Source: Planctomycetota bacterium (GTDB lineage: Bacteria > Planctomycetota > PLA2 > JAEUHO01). From it: DNA of 64,000 nucleotides. This document shows positions 10,516 through 20,439 of the stretch, one piece after another (the first letter of the stretch is position 1; every line of letters starts with the position of its first letter). The position numbers were made by a program, and so were the translations under genes. The stretch lies in the NCBI GenBank assembly GCA_965222115.1, contig CBDCTJ010000007.1, positions 1,824,001 to 1,888,000 on the forward strand, read 5' to 3'. The notes beneath the pieces are model-generated. The model searched no databases and was not told where the DNA came from. It saw only the letters and a program-made list of their open reading frames with translations.

Positions 10516-11746
10516 ACAGCTTATCAGTCGAAGGTGGTGTGTGCTTCAGCAGCGCTATGCGAACCTCGGGGCTTACAAAGGTGCAGCCACGTTCATGCCA
10601 TTTGACCGTGTCCGTTGTGCGCGCAATCTGAAGTAGTCGCGCTGTCACAACGCCAAGGGGCAGTCCCGCTTCCTTTGCCAACTCAAATGTGGAGAACTCA
10701 TTGCCGATTCCGGACGCGGTACAAAGAAGCTCTAGGTCTGACGCAGAGAGAGAGTCAAGTACGGCGTGGACGTGATCCGCACCTTCGCGATTCGTTGCAT
10801 TAACGCACGGTTGCATCTTGCCGTCCGCTCGGAAATGCATCGCATGCAGGGGAATCAGATTCGTAGATCCAAGTGCATTCCGCGCGTCGTCTGCCGTGGC
10901 GAACCTGCGATCGGCATCTGGCATGCAGCATCTCTCGATCCAGCGAATGAACGCGGTAGAGATTCCCGGCGGAAATTGGCGAAGCCGTGAGTTGCCGCGT
11001 CGCGTCATGCGATTGCTTGCAACTTGATTCGATGTGTCACGGGAATGTCCCGTGATCAGGTCAAATAGGGTGGCACCCAATGAAAACAAGTCCGCACGTC
11101 CGTCAACGCTTGCGTGCGAATGGAGCTGTTCCGGAGCGGCGTAAGGGAATGAGCCCCCCGCGCGGTAGGGTCTCAGTGCTCCCTTTCGAGCAGCGGTTCG
11201 CTGAGATAGCCCAAAGTCGACGAGTCGAATACGGTTGTCATGTCCCCACAAAATGTTGGATGGCTTAATGTCAAGATGAACGACCTGCATTAGGTGGAGC
11301 GCGCTTAGTCCTTTGAGTACTTCATCTGCGATCCACTTGAGCGCCGGCTCCGTCCACTCACATCCACACTTAATCATCTTTCGGAGACTCGCTCCGTGTA
11401 CATAGCGAGATATTGTGGCCAGTCCCGTTGCCCCCGACAGGCGCCCAACAAAAACTTTGTGTGGCGAAATGAGATTGATGTGAGTAATTCGATTGCCCAA
11501 TGTTGCTTCGCGCAGCGCGCGCGCCATGCCATGGCGTTGCCGTACAGCTCGCGCGGCGTGCCACTTGAGTGCCACGGCCACACTGCGTCGTGCGCTATGG
11601 TCTCGAGCAAGAAACACTGTTCCCCCGGTGCCCGCGCCCACGGTGCGAACGAGTCGATAGTGTCCGATCCACTGAGCGGGACGCAGCGCAGCCGACAGCC
11701 ACGCCTCAAGTGACTGCCGTGTAGCTTCGCTTTGGGATGTGTACAC
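10502..11746 (-). CDS. Ser/Thr protein kinase with C-terminal winged-helix-like segment
   Basis: GAGTGGTV, VALK, HLDIKPSN, DFG, YAAPEQ, ADLFSLG are all intact. Confidence 0.85.
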   Translation of the reverse strand: MYTSQSEATRQSLEAWLSAALRPAQWIGHYRLVRTVGAGTGGTVFLARDHSARRSVAVALKWHAARAVRQRHGMARALREATLGNRITHINLISPHKVFVGRLSGATGLATISRYVHGASLRKMIKCGCEWTEPALKWIADEVLKGLSALHLMQVVHLDIKPSNILWGHDNRIRLVDFGLSQRTAARKGALRPYRAGGSFPYAAPEQLHSHASVDGRADLFSLGATLFDLITGHSRDTSNQVASNRMTRRGNSRLRQFPPGISTAFIRWIERCCMPDADRRFATADDARNALGSTNLIPLHAMHFRADGKMQPCVNATNREGADHVHAVLDSLSASDLELLCTASGIGNEFSTFELAKEAGLPLGVVTARLLQIARTTDTVKWHERGCTFVSPEVRIALLKHTPPSTDKLSMQM

Positions 11747-11903
11747 GCCGTAGATGCTGCCTCACATAGCTTGCTTGCCCAATGAAGTTGCTTTTTCAGC
11801 GTACCATATTTTCCGCGTCCGGTTTTGTGATCTCGCGCGATTTAGACAAACGCGAGTTACGGCGGATGGACCGCTAGGTTGGCTCGCACTGGGAGTCAAC
11901 TCT

Positions 11904-12746
11904 ATGAGAATCAAAACGACGACGCTGCTGGCGATTTGTGGCGTAGCGGTTGGGGTACTTCTCGCACCGCGTGTAATGGCCGGGAACGTCAATACCTCGA
12001 GTGCAAAGTACTTTGACGCCGAACTCCTTCCGGGGCAGTCGCTGTCCGTCACAAACTCGCGAATTATCCTCGTTGATGACATCACGTATGCGGCCGAATT
12101 TGAGCCTTGCATTTGGAGTGATGCTTGCAAAGTGTTCAGTGAGGATATGTTTCCCGATTGGGCATTTGACGTGCCGCCCGCGTCGCCGGGAATACAATTT
12201 TGGGCGCCGGCTGGCGCGGGACCCGGGTCTCCGTCTCCTCCTCCGCAGAACGGTCAAGGCCCCTTCTGGTCTGGAGGTGCGAGTGGATTTGTTACTGCGG
12301 CCACACTTCCCTCCTACATGCATGCGCGCTCCGCTCACATGCATTTGATCGTGAACGATACAGGGATCAATGGGACGAAGACCATCGATCGATACAGCGT
12401 ATCGTCTTACTTCCAGATGGGGTTCCACGGCGCGGGATCTTCCTGGGCGCAGTTCCGGAATACGTCGAGTCTTGACTCGTTGTTGGATCCACTCGATCCT
12501 GCGTATCCTGAGTTCCGCATCAGCGGTGCCGGCGCCGGTGGTTCAGCGGCAATGTCTGACATGCCAGCCTATGGTATCGCAACGCCGACATCGGCCTCGC
12601 GCCACTACCAGAGTCCCCACTTCGTGTACTACGGCTCAGTATCGTTTACCGCGACCGGGACATCCACTGCGTATGCGATCATAAAGGGGCGTACGCTTGA
12701 GGGCATCGATGTTCCTGCCCAAGAGACGGCGATCACGATTCAGTAG
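11904..12746 (+). CDS. Hypothetical secreted protein
   Basis: GGAG RBS before ATG 11904, signal peptide MRIKTTTLLAICGVAVGVLLAPRVMA; followed by a terminator. Confidence 0.6.
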   Translation: MRIKTTTLLAICGVAVGVLLAPRVMAGNVNTSSAKYFDAELLPGQSLSVTNSRIILVDDITYAAEFEPCIWSDACKVFSEDMFPDWAFDVPPASPGIQFWAPAGAGPGSPSPPPQNGQGPFWSGGASGFVTAATLPSYMHARSAHMHLIVNDTGINGTKTIDRYSVSSYFQMGFHGAGSSWAQFRNTSSLDSLLDPLDPAYPEFRISGAGAGGSAAMSDMPAYGIATPTSASRHYQSPHFVYYGSVSFTATGTSTAYAIIKGRTLEGIDVPAQETAITIQ

Positions 12747-12777
12747 CTGAAATCGATGGGCCTCGAACCATAGAGTG

Positions 12778-12807
12778 CGGAGGGCGTCCATCGCGCCCTC
12801 CGTTTTT
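12778..12807 (+). terminator. Rho-independent terminator
   Basis: cggagggcg-tccatcg-cgccctccg followed by ttttt. Confidence 0.7.
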
Positions 12808-12862
12808 CAAATTGCTTCCTGCCAGTTCGAACCAAGATTCAACGGAGACGAGGAGGATGCAT

Positions 12863-13966
12863 ATGAGCGCAATGGCTCGCAATGGACTCGTGGTTGCCTT
12901 CTTTGCTGTACTGACGGTACTCGTGTACAGGAAGGCACAGACGAATGGGCACACGAGTAGTGATGCGGGAACGCTCGGAATCGTTGATGTGTTGAGCGAT
13001 TACGTCCTTAACGATTCCGTCGTGTTCGATGGTCCTGAGCCCGGCGAGATCCACTTCAACCTTCCTCCGGCGTACAAGCTCTCGGGCATCGTGTGTGCTT
13101 GGTATGCCCCGTTGGATGAGCAACACGGACGCCCCCGACTCGATCATGCGAAGGAACTCGCGCTGCTGCAACTGGATGACGGTCATTTGAGCCTGTCGTC
13201 CTGGTTGTCGGCGAACGAGAAGCTTCCCAATGGTGTACTCTTCTATTCGCTTCGCGTAGGTGCTGAACAGGATGCTACATTTGTCGTAGGGACCGCCGTG
13301 ATCGACCGTTGGCGATTGGATGCACGCGGCACTACGATCCATCCCACCATGCATGCGGCACATTCAGTTCACGTGAATACGTCGAACGGGTCGCCCCTGC
13401 CCGGGGCCCATGTGGCATTTCAACGTCGCGGCCTCCCTGTGGGTCCGGGCGCTGTCTCAACGATGACGGGGCCGCGCGGCGTCGTGAGGGTGTTCGGACT
13501 CCACCCCAAAGTGTCGTGGGACGTTGCCGTGCTCGGGAGTGGTGGGCCGATTCAATCTGCTGAATCGCGAGTGGACGATACAAGAAACGTCACGACCATA
13601 ACGCTGCCTCTCCGAGGTGCGTGGAGCTTTACGCCGATTTCGATTCGACGAGTAGGTCGTGGTCAGTCTATCTCCATCATTCAAATAGAGCAGCAGGGTG
13701 GCAAGAAGCTCCATGCCTGGCCTGTGAGTACTTTGGTGTTTCCTGGGCTACAAGAGTTCTCGACGAGCTATGTCGCCACACCCACGTCCACACCGCCGCA
13801 AGATGCTGATACTTGGACATTGCATACACACGGCCTGCAACCTACTGACGTCGTGAGAGACGACGGAGGCCGGTACGTCGTTCGCTACGATTTTGGCAGC
13901 TTCGTATCCGCGAATACGGAGTCGGCGATTGATGCACCGCGAACGACTCGAGTCTCGGGAAACTAG
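12863..13966 (+). CDS. Hypothetical membrane-anchored protein (carboxypeptidase-regulatory-like segment)
   Basis: AGGAGG RBS at 12851-12856; N-terminal TM; NGSPLPGAHV motif. Confidence 0.55.
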   Translation: MSAMARNGLVVAFFAVLTVLVYRKAQTNGHTSSDAGTLGIVDVLSDYVLNDSVVFDGPEPGEIHFNLPPAYKLSGIVCAWYAPLDEQHGRPRLDHAKELALLQLDDGHLSLSSWLSANEKLPNGVLFYSLRVGAEQDATFVVGTAVIDRWRLDARGTTIHPTMHAAHSVHVNTSNGSPLPGAHVAFQRRGLPVGPGAVSTMTGPRGVVRVFGLHPKVSWDVAVLGSGGPIQSAESRVDDTRNVTTITLPLRGAWSFTPISIRRVGRGQSISIIQIEQQGGKKLHAWPVSTLVFPGLQEFSTSYVATPTSTPPQDADTWTLHTHGLQPTDVVRDDGGRYVVRYDFGSFVSANTESAIDAPRTTRVSGN

Positions 13967-14092
13967 TCGAAGGGCGCGAGCGCCCTTTCCTCCGTTTGCT
14001 GCACGATTCGACAAACGATTCCCATGCTACAATCCAACCATGACTACGCTTGATGAACATTGCGACGGCTGATTGAGCCGTGTGGAGGAACC

Positions 14093-14662
14093 GTGGATCG
14101 CGAAGATATGTCGGAGCTTGAATCGTTAGTCGCGTCAGCTCAGGCAGGTGAGCAGGCGGCACTGGAACTTTTGATCCAGCGACATGTTCCTTCGATCGCA
14201 TCCCACGTTCGTTCTCGTTTAGGAAGAAGCCTGCGTCGCCAGTTTGATACCGACGACATCGCTCAGTCAATTGTTCGAGAAGTATGTCGTGATCTTGGCG
14301 CATTGGAGTATCGCGGTCGCCATGCGTTTCATGCGTGGCTCCGAGTCAAGGCGAAGAACAAAATTAATTCTATCTATCGCAAGCACTATCGACGGGCAGA
14401 GCTACGTCGCCAACACGTGCAGCGATACGCCTGTGGGTACGAATCACGCGCCGATCAGGCAGATGCCGCTGAACACTGTGCTTTGGCTCATTCGCTGCTC
14501 GATTCGCTACCACCCACGGGGAGACTTATTGTGTGGATGCGTATCTATGAGGACCGCCCGTTCGCTGAAATTGCGAGTGAGCTAGCACTTCCCGGGGCCG
14601 ATGCAGCTCGTAAGCGATATCGACGTGCATTGGATCGTCTAAAGGAATCGCTCCGACTCTGA
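14093..14662 (+). CDS. ECF RNA polymerase sigma factor
   Basis: AQAGEQAALELL, DTDDIAQ, FHAWL region 2; LDSLP..FAEIASEL..ARKRYRRAL region 4. Confidence 0.85.
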   Translation: MDREDMSELESLVASAQAGEQAALELLIQRHVPSIASHVRSRLGRSLRRQFDTDDIAQSIVREVCRDLGALEYRGRHAFHAWLRVKAKNKINSIYRKHYRRAELRRQHVQRYACGYESRADQADAAEHCALAHSLLDSLPPTGRLIVWMRIYEDRPFAEIASELALPGADAARKRYRRALDRLKESLRL

Positions 14663-14756
14663 TTGCCGAAGCATTCTGATCGAAAGCGCGGGAAATCTCC
14701 CTCGTATTCGAGAACCAGCCGTCGCCGTGCCTGGTTAAGCAAGCATGTCGCCGCCT

Positions 14757-15218
14757 TCACTCCTTGATCGGCCACACAATCCTCGTCAGTAGCTCTTCTG
14801 CGGGCGTGACGGAACAGTCGGAGTGGTACTCCTCCCAGGGAGCCACGCCTTGCTCACCTTCTGCGGAGGCGTGGCCATTGGCTTCAAGCCACTGCTTGAA
14901 CTCGGTCCACGCGCCGGGAAGGCCTTCGTAGGAACCGATGTAGTCGGCAACGACTGCGCGACCGCCGGGGAGGGAGCCTGCTGTGCACTCGCCTTCTGGA
15001 TTCAGTGGTTGCTTGACGGGCACACACACTTCCATGTCGCCCGCGTCGTTTTCCCATGCGTGCCAGCGCGAAATGACGGGGCCGTCCATATGCTCACCGG
15101 CGGCGGCCATGATGGTGGGCATGACTTGGCCGATAACTTCGCCGATTTCGGCTTGCTTGACGGTTCTGCGAATGCCGACTGTGTGACGTGCTTGGATCTC
15201 TTGTATGGATGGCTTCAT
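14757..15218 (-). CDS. GyrI-like small-molecule-binding domain protein
   Basis: LPGGRAVVADYIGSYEGLPGAW, PWEEY, ELLTRIVWPI. Confidence 0.8.
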   Translation of the reverse strand: MKPSIQEIQARHTVGIRRTVKQAEIGEVIGQVMPTIMAAAGEHMDGPVISRWHAWENDAGDMEVCVPVKQPLNPEGECTAGSLPGGRAVVADYIGSYEGLPGAWTEFKQWLEANGHASAEGEQGVAPWEEYHSDCSVTPAEELLTRIVWPIKE

Positions 15219-15395
15219 GGGGGCGAGCCTACTCGTTTGGGATACACAACACAATTCTCGTACGCATTGGTGCCGCTCGATTCGATTTTCTTTTCGGAGG
15301 TTTGGGCGTCAGAACGGCGATTCGATGACCGTATTGATTTTCGTCAAATACAATGAACTGGCTGTAACGGCCCATGGAGAGTACGAGGCGCGGCT

Positions 15396-16340
15396 TTGAC
15401 GCATGAAACACCAGTAGGAATGAGGGTGGGGCTCGCACTACTCGTTGTGCTCGCCGGAGCTTTGTGTGTCTTTCTGTATGTGAGTCTGGTGGATTCTGGG
15501 GAGCAGTCTGGTACGAGCGCAGAAGTTCCCGAGGACGTGTCCTTACGTACGTGGCGAAACGTGTCTCCAAGCCAAGCAGAGGCAGCGTCGCGACTCGGCA
15601 TTCCCGCGGCATTTGAGAATTCATTAGGGATGCGATTCGTCTTGATTCCGCCCGGAACGTTTGACATGGGTTCGCCCGAGAACGAAGTGGGGCGCGACGA
15701 TGACGAATCGCTGATTAGCGATGTGGTCATAAAGCACCCTTTCTATCTTCAGATTACAGAAGTAACGAACGCTCAGTGGCGCGCTTTCGACGCCCATCAC
15801 GTTGGCACGTTTTCCGGTCCGAACCAGCCCGTGGACTCCGTGTCCTATCGAAATGTTGTGGGAACTGGTAGTGATCGTAAGCGCGGATTTCTACGGTGGC
15901 TGAATGACCGGCTCATGTCTCCCGAAGAGCCCGTAGGTATCGTGTACACGCTACCAACCGAAGTGCGTTGGGAGTACGCGTGCCGGGCGGGAACGACAAC
16001 GCCGTTTCATTTCGGCGAAACCATCTCTACCGAACAAGTGAACTTCGCCGGGGACGCGATCTTTGGCACTGTCGCAGCGCATGGATACCGTGAACGTACA
16101 TTAGACGTGGGAAGCTTCTTGCCCAACGCGTGGGGTCTCTATGACATGCACGGCAATGTTTATGAATGGTGTCAACTGTCATTGAGCTACGACTCGCAAT
16201 CCGTCCCAGGGTATGCCGTTATGCGCGGTGGATCATGGTGTAGCTACCTCCAGCACGTGCGAACGGCCAATCGTCGCAAGTTCCTCTCGCACGTTCGCAC
16301 GGACTGTTGCGGCTTTCGTGTGTGTGCTGAGATTCGATAG
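15396..16340 (+). CDS. Formylglycine-generating enzyme (SUMF1/FGE-sulfatase) family protein
   Basis: NSLGMRFVLIPPGTFDMGS, TEVTNAQW, LPTEVRWEYACRAG, PNAWGLYDMHGNVYEWC, RGGSW, GFRV. Confidence 0.9.
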   Translation: MTHETPVGMRVGLALLVVLAGALCVFLYVSLVDSGEQSGTSAEVPEDVSLRTWRNVSPSQAEAASRLGIPAAFENSLGMRFVLIPPGTFDMGSPENEVGRDDDESLISDVVIKHPFYLQITEVTNAQWRAFDAHHVGTFSGPNQPVDSVSYRNVVGTGSDRKRGFLRWLNDRLMSPEEPVGIVYTLPTEVRWEYACRAGTTTPFHFGETISTEQVNFAGDAIFGTVAAHGYRERTLDVGSFLPNAWGLYDMHGNVYEWCQLSLSYDSQSVPGYAVMRGGSWCSYLQHVRTANRRKFLSHVRTDCCGFRVCAEIR

Positions 16341-16367
16341 GCACGATGCACGTCGCGTCCGCGTTGT

Positions 16368-17414
16368 CTACCCCTCGAGTTTCTCCACGCGCGCTTTCAA
16401 GCGCCGTATGTCCTTTAGTAAGGCCGGCAGCTTTCGAACGGCTGCGAATTGACGTCCCATTTCCCGCAACTCGGCCGCAGGAGCACCGGCATACTGTTTG
16501 CCACCCGGCAGATCGTCGATGATGCCCGCTTGGGCGGCGACTTGGGCGCGGTCACCAACCGAAATGTGACCCGCCATGCCGACTTGACCACCCATGATGA
16601 CATTGTTGCCAACTTCGGCGCTTCCTGCGAGGCCAACCTGGCCGCAAAGCAACGTATTGTTGCCGACACGTGAGCCGTGACCGATTTGTACAAGGTTGTC
16701 GATGCGTGAACCGTTGCCAACGACCGTTGTGCCGACAGCCGCGCGATCAATACAGGCGCCAGCCTGAACGTCGGTGTCGTCGCCGATGGTGACAGTGCCC
16801 ACCTGAGGAATGCGCTTCCACGTTCCGTCTCCAACCGGAGCGAAACCAAACCCGTCACCGCCAATGACGACGCCACTTTGAATGATGGCGCGCGCGCCGA
16901 CGGTGCACGCTTCGCGAATCGTCGCGTGGCTATGAACGATCGTGTCGTCACCAATTGCCACGCGCTCGTAGATCACAGCATGGGGGTGGAGCTGAACGCG
17001 TTCGCCCAACGTGACATGCTCGCCAAGTACCACATAGGCGCCGATGGTGACGCTGTCGGGGACTTCGCAGCTCTTAGGAACGATGGCCGTGGCGTGAATG
17101 CCAGGTGTTGCCGGTGATGTTGGATGAAAGAGTTCCAGTGCGTGTGCGAACGCAAGGTATGGATTCTCGATCGTGAGCGCGACCATACCGTCCGGAAGCT
17201 CGGCTTCGGCGTCGGGTGCGATCAATACCGCGCCTGCCTGAGAATCTTTGAGTTTGTTTGCATACACCGGATTGTTGAGAAACGTGACCTCGGTCTTCGT
17301 GGCTCGCTCAATGCTGCTGACATCCGTAATGTGTAGATCGCTCGACGTGGCGAGTTTGGCGCCGAGTTGCTCGGCAAGCTCAGCGATGGGGATCGTGCGG
17401 GGTATGGCCGACAT
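16368..17414 (-). CDS. lpxD: UDP-3-O-(3-hydroxyacyl)glucosamine N-acyltransferase
   Basis: Hexapeptide repeats, GGDGFGF, IPQVG, IDNLVQIGH; start set at MSAIPR. Confidence 0.92.
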   Translation of the reverse strand: MSAIPRTIPIAELAEQLGAKLATSSDLHITDVSSIERATKTEVTFLNNPVYANKLKDSQAGAVLIAPDAEAELPDGMVALTIENPYLAFAHALELFHPTSPATPGIHATAIVPKSCEVPDSVTIGAYVVLGEHVTLGERVQLHPHAVIYERVAIGDDTIVHSHATIREACTVGARAIIQSGVVIGGDGFGFAPVGDGTWKRIPQVGTVTIGDDTDVQAGACIDRAAVGTTVVGNGSRIDNLVQIGHGSRVGNNTLLCGQVGLAGSAEVGNNVIMGGQVGMAGHISVGDRAQVAAQAGIIDDLPGGKQYAGAPAAELREMGRQFAAVRKLPALLKDIRRLKARVEKLEG

Positions 17415-17776
17415 GATGGCTCCGTATCTGCTAGCCCGGATGTTGCACGAAGCGCGCGTCTGGGGCAATGCAAGGAGTTGTGGTTTGGCGACTTGTGATC
17501 GAACTCCATGCGAACGAAGAATGACAAGGTGTTCTCGGTGAGGATTCGGGTTCAAGCTCGAAGCGGTGGTTCCGAGGCGATGCCAAAAGCATCGCTGAGC
17601 GGTTCTCCGCAATGAGATTGGGGACGAAGACCAGCGAGAACCGCGCGATTTACCTTGGTTCGTGCAACATCCGGGCTAAGCTCAGACACGCGGGTGTCGC
17701 GGGAAACCATACGCGGGAAATGCGTCACTGAGGTGTGTTCCTCTCCCACACCGTCCGGGGTGATAGGCTGCGCACA

Positions 17777-18436
17777 ATGGTCGATCCAGCCGCCCCACAG
17801 AGCCCGCCCGCTGAGCCGCGCGACAGGCACGATTTGATTCGCCTGGCGGTGGGTTTTTACGGACTCGTGCTGCTCTTTGCCGTGGGATACGCGCTCTTCA
17901 GCAAGCACCCCATGAGCGTACTGCTGGGCGAGAACGCTCCCACGGTGCTCCACATCCTTGCCGCCGTTGGCCTCGGACTCGTGATTGTTGGGCTCACGCG
18001 CGTGGCCATGCGCATGTGGTCGAGTGTGGACGAGGCGTCGCGCATCTTGGCGAGCATCATCGGCCCGCTCACTTGGAAGCAGGCCATTATCCTCGCGGCG
18101 GTTTCTGCGATCGGCGAGGAAGTGCTGTTTCGCGGTGCCCTTTTCGCTACCCTCGGTTTCATCGGGAGCAGTCTGCTTTTCGGTCTGGTTCATGTCGTGC
18201 CGCGGCGAGCCCTATGGATGTATCCCGTCTTTGCGGCTGGCGCAGGCTTTGTGTTGGGTTTGTTGCGCGACGGTACCGGCAGCATCATTCCGCCCATCAT
18301 CACGCACTTTGTGGTTAATGCGATCAACCTTCATTTCTTGGGGTCCTTGGTCGCAAAGGACGGCACAGCAAACGAACCGGAAACACCCGAGCCCGCGAAC
18401 GATTCAAGCGACGGTGATTCGAAGGATCCTGCGTGA
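17777..18436 (+). CDS. CPBP (Rce1/Abi-like) intramembrane metalloprotease
   Basis: EEVLFRG, FGLVH, HFVVN motifs in TM helices. Confidence 0.85.
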   Translation: MVDPAAPQSPPAEPRDRHDLIRLAVGFYGLVLLFAVGYALFSKHPMSVLLGENAPTVLHILAAVGLGLVIVGLTRVAMRMWSSVDEASRILASIIGPLTWKQAIILAAVSAIGEEVLFRGALFATLGFIGSSLLFGLVHVVPRRALWMYPVFAAGAGFVLGLLRDGTGSIIPPIITHFVVNAINLHFLGSLVAKDGTANEPETPEPANDSSDGDSKDPA

Positions 18437-19839
18437 ACGAGCCCACGAGCGAACGTCGCTCACCCGCGTTGCCCAAGCCCTCACTTTGGGATCACGTGCG
18501 CGTGTTTGGCCTGTTGATTCGATCCCTCGTTGAGGGTGTGCCGTATTTGCTCGTGTTACCGATCTGTGTACCGCTGCGGCTATGGTTGCGCAGCCGCACG
18601 CGAAAGAAACTGCGTAGCCGCGACCGCACCACATCGCTCGACGAACCGCCAACGATCGACGAGCTAGCGACGAGCCCAACCGTGTTTGTCGTTGTCGGTG
18701 AGGCGTCAGGTGACACACTGGCTGCACCACTCGTTGCAGACATCTTGCGTCGGGTGCCCCTTGCACGCATCCGTGGCTATGGCGGGCCCAAGTGTGAAGC
18801 CGCCGGGATGTGCGTGGACCGCGACATTACGAGTCATGCGGTGATGGGCACCTGGTCGGTGATTGCAACGCTCGGGGTGTGGTGGCGCATCTGTGTGGAA
18901 TTCTTGGCGATCCTTCGAACGGACACGCCCGATCTCCTGCTCACTGTTGATTTTCCCGGGCTCAATGGACGCTTTGCGCAGTGGGGTAAGAAGGCGGGCG
19001 TTCGAACCGTTCACATGGTGGCCCCGCAAGTGTGGGCCCACGCCCCATGGCGTGCGGGTCGTTGGCGGAGAGCCGTCGATCTCATGTTGAGCGTGTTTCC
19101 ATTCGAGCCCACACTTCATCGCGCGGGTGGTATGCGCAGTGTGTATGTGGGACATCCATTGTTCGAGGCGCCGCTCAGCTCGCCACGTACCGGCGAAACA
19201 CGCCCCACGCCAGGCGCCGCCGAGATCGAGTTGTGGCCTGGGAGTCGAAATCGCGAATTGCAACACCACGCGCGTATGACCTTTGATGCAGCCAAGGCAC
19301 TTCGCGAGCAATACGATGGGCTGCAGTTTTCGATTCGGCTTGCAAAGTCCGATCACAAGCGCTACTACGAATCGCTTGATGGCTTTGCCGCGGCGGCAGA
19401 CGGCGACGCATGGATTCGATTTGCCAAGGGCGACGAACCGCACACGCGACCACTGCTCGGTGCACTCGCGTGTAGTGGAACTGCGACAGCAGAACTCGCT
19501 GTAGCACTTGTGCCCACGGTCGTGTTCTATCGAATCAGTTGGTTGCAGCAGCTCGCGGCGTGGGGCTATTTGAATGCGCCGTGGTTCAGCCTGCCGAACG
19601 TCATCGCGGGCCGTGAACTTCTTCCCGAGCATCTCGTGGTGCGCTCATCGGGCGGAGCCGAGCTCGCCGCTTCGTTCATCGACAAGATTGCACCCGAAGA
19701 TCGTTGGCGCGAGGTCCGCCGCGAACTCACATCCATCCGCAACGAACTCGAAACCCATAACGTCACCCCCCGCGCTGCCGGATGGGTCTGCGCGGAACTA
19801 AACTCCACAATTGGTGCCGGGAGCGAATTGGTAAGTTAA
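18433..19839 (+). CDS. lpxB: Lipid-A-disaccharide synthase
   Basis: VGEASGD, VDFPGLN, APQVWA, FPFE, YVGHP, PGSR, SGTATAE, SLPN. Confidence 0.88.
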   Translation: MNEPTSERRSPALPKPSLWDHVRVFGLLIRSLVEGVPYLLVLPICVPLRLWLRSRTRKKLRSRDRTTSLDEPPTIDELATSPTVFVVVGEASGDTLAAPLVADILRRVPLARIRGYGGPKCEAAGMCVDRDITSHAVMGTWSVIATLGVWWRICVEFLAILRTDTPDLLLTVDFPGLNGRFAQWGKKAGVRTVHMVAPQVWAHAPWRAGRWRRAVDLMLSVFPFEPTLHRAGGMRSVYVGHPLFEAPLSSPRTGETRPTPGAAEIELWPGSRNRELQHHARMTFDAAKALREQYDGLQFSIRLAKSDHKRYYESLDGFAAAADGDAWIRFAKGDEPHTRPLLGALACSGTATAELAVALVPTVVFYRISWLQQLAAWGYLNAPWFSLPNVIAGRELLPEHLVVRSSGGAELAASFIDKIAPEDRWREVRRELTSIRNELETHNVTPRAAGWVCAELNSTIGAGSELVS

Positions 19840-19888
19840 CAATTGGTGCCGGGAGCAAACGAGTGACCCACGACTTGGTGCCGGGAGC
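19807..19888. repeat. Three-copy repeat with exact 32-bp period (core TTGGTGCCGGGAGC)
   Basis: Core at 19811, 19843 and 19875; different 18-nt intervening sequences. Confidence 0.8.
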
Positions 19889-19899
19889 GCATTGGGGAG

Positions 19900-20424
19900 T
19901 TAGAGGGCGTGGGCCGCGGTGCGGAGGAGGGAGATGGCTTCATCGCGGGTGGCGAGGGCGACGCGACCGAGGGCGCCGGCCATGACGCGGCAGAGTTCGA
20001 CGTCGAAGATGAGCGAATCGGCCTGCTCCTCTTGCATCATGGTAGTGAGTACGGGGAAACGTTGTTCGAGCCAGCGCAGGTAGGGAACAAACATGCCGTC
20101 GCCGCGTTCGAGATCGTCGGCGAGTTGTATGGCCCATGCCACGAGAAATGCGCGCAGTGGGCCGTCTTCAGAGGGCTCGCCCAGGGCTTGCAGCGTTGTG
20201 GCGAGATTGTCAAAGACCGATGCGCCCGCGCCGCTCCAGAGTTTTGTGGTGTGAAAGAATCCGCTGCCTCGTTCGCGCCAAAAGACAAGGGTGCGATAGA
20301 AGTGATACAGCGTTTGACCCACGAGACGTCGTTGTTCGTTTGTCCCGACAAGCAGACGCTTGAGTTCGTCGTCAAGCGCTTCGTTTGACGCGGCGGGATC
20401 CGAAGATGCATCGAAGGATGACAT
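19900..20424 (-). CDS. Hypothetical protein
   Basis: 174-aa ORF directly downstream of the uvrA paralog on the same strand. Confidence 0.55.
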   Translation of the reverse strand: MSSFDASSDPAASNEALDDELKRLLVGTNEQRRLVGQTLYHFYRTLVFWRERGSGFFHTTKLWSGAGASVFDNLATTLQALGEPSEDGPLRAFLVAWAIQLADDLERGDGMFVPYLRWLEQRFPVLTTMMQEEQADSLIFDVELCRVMAGALGRVALATRDEAISLLRTAAHAL

Positions 20425-20439
20425 ATAGCGTTTCTGTCC

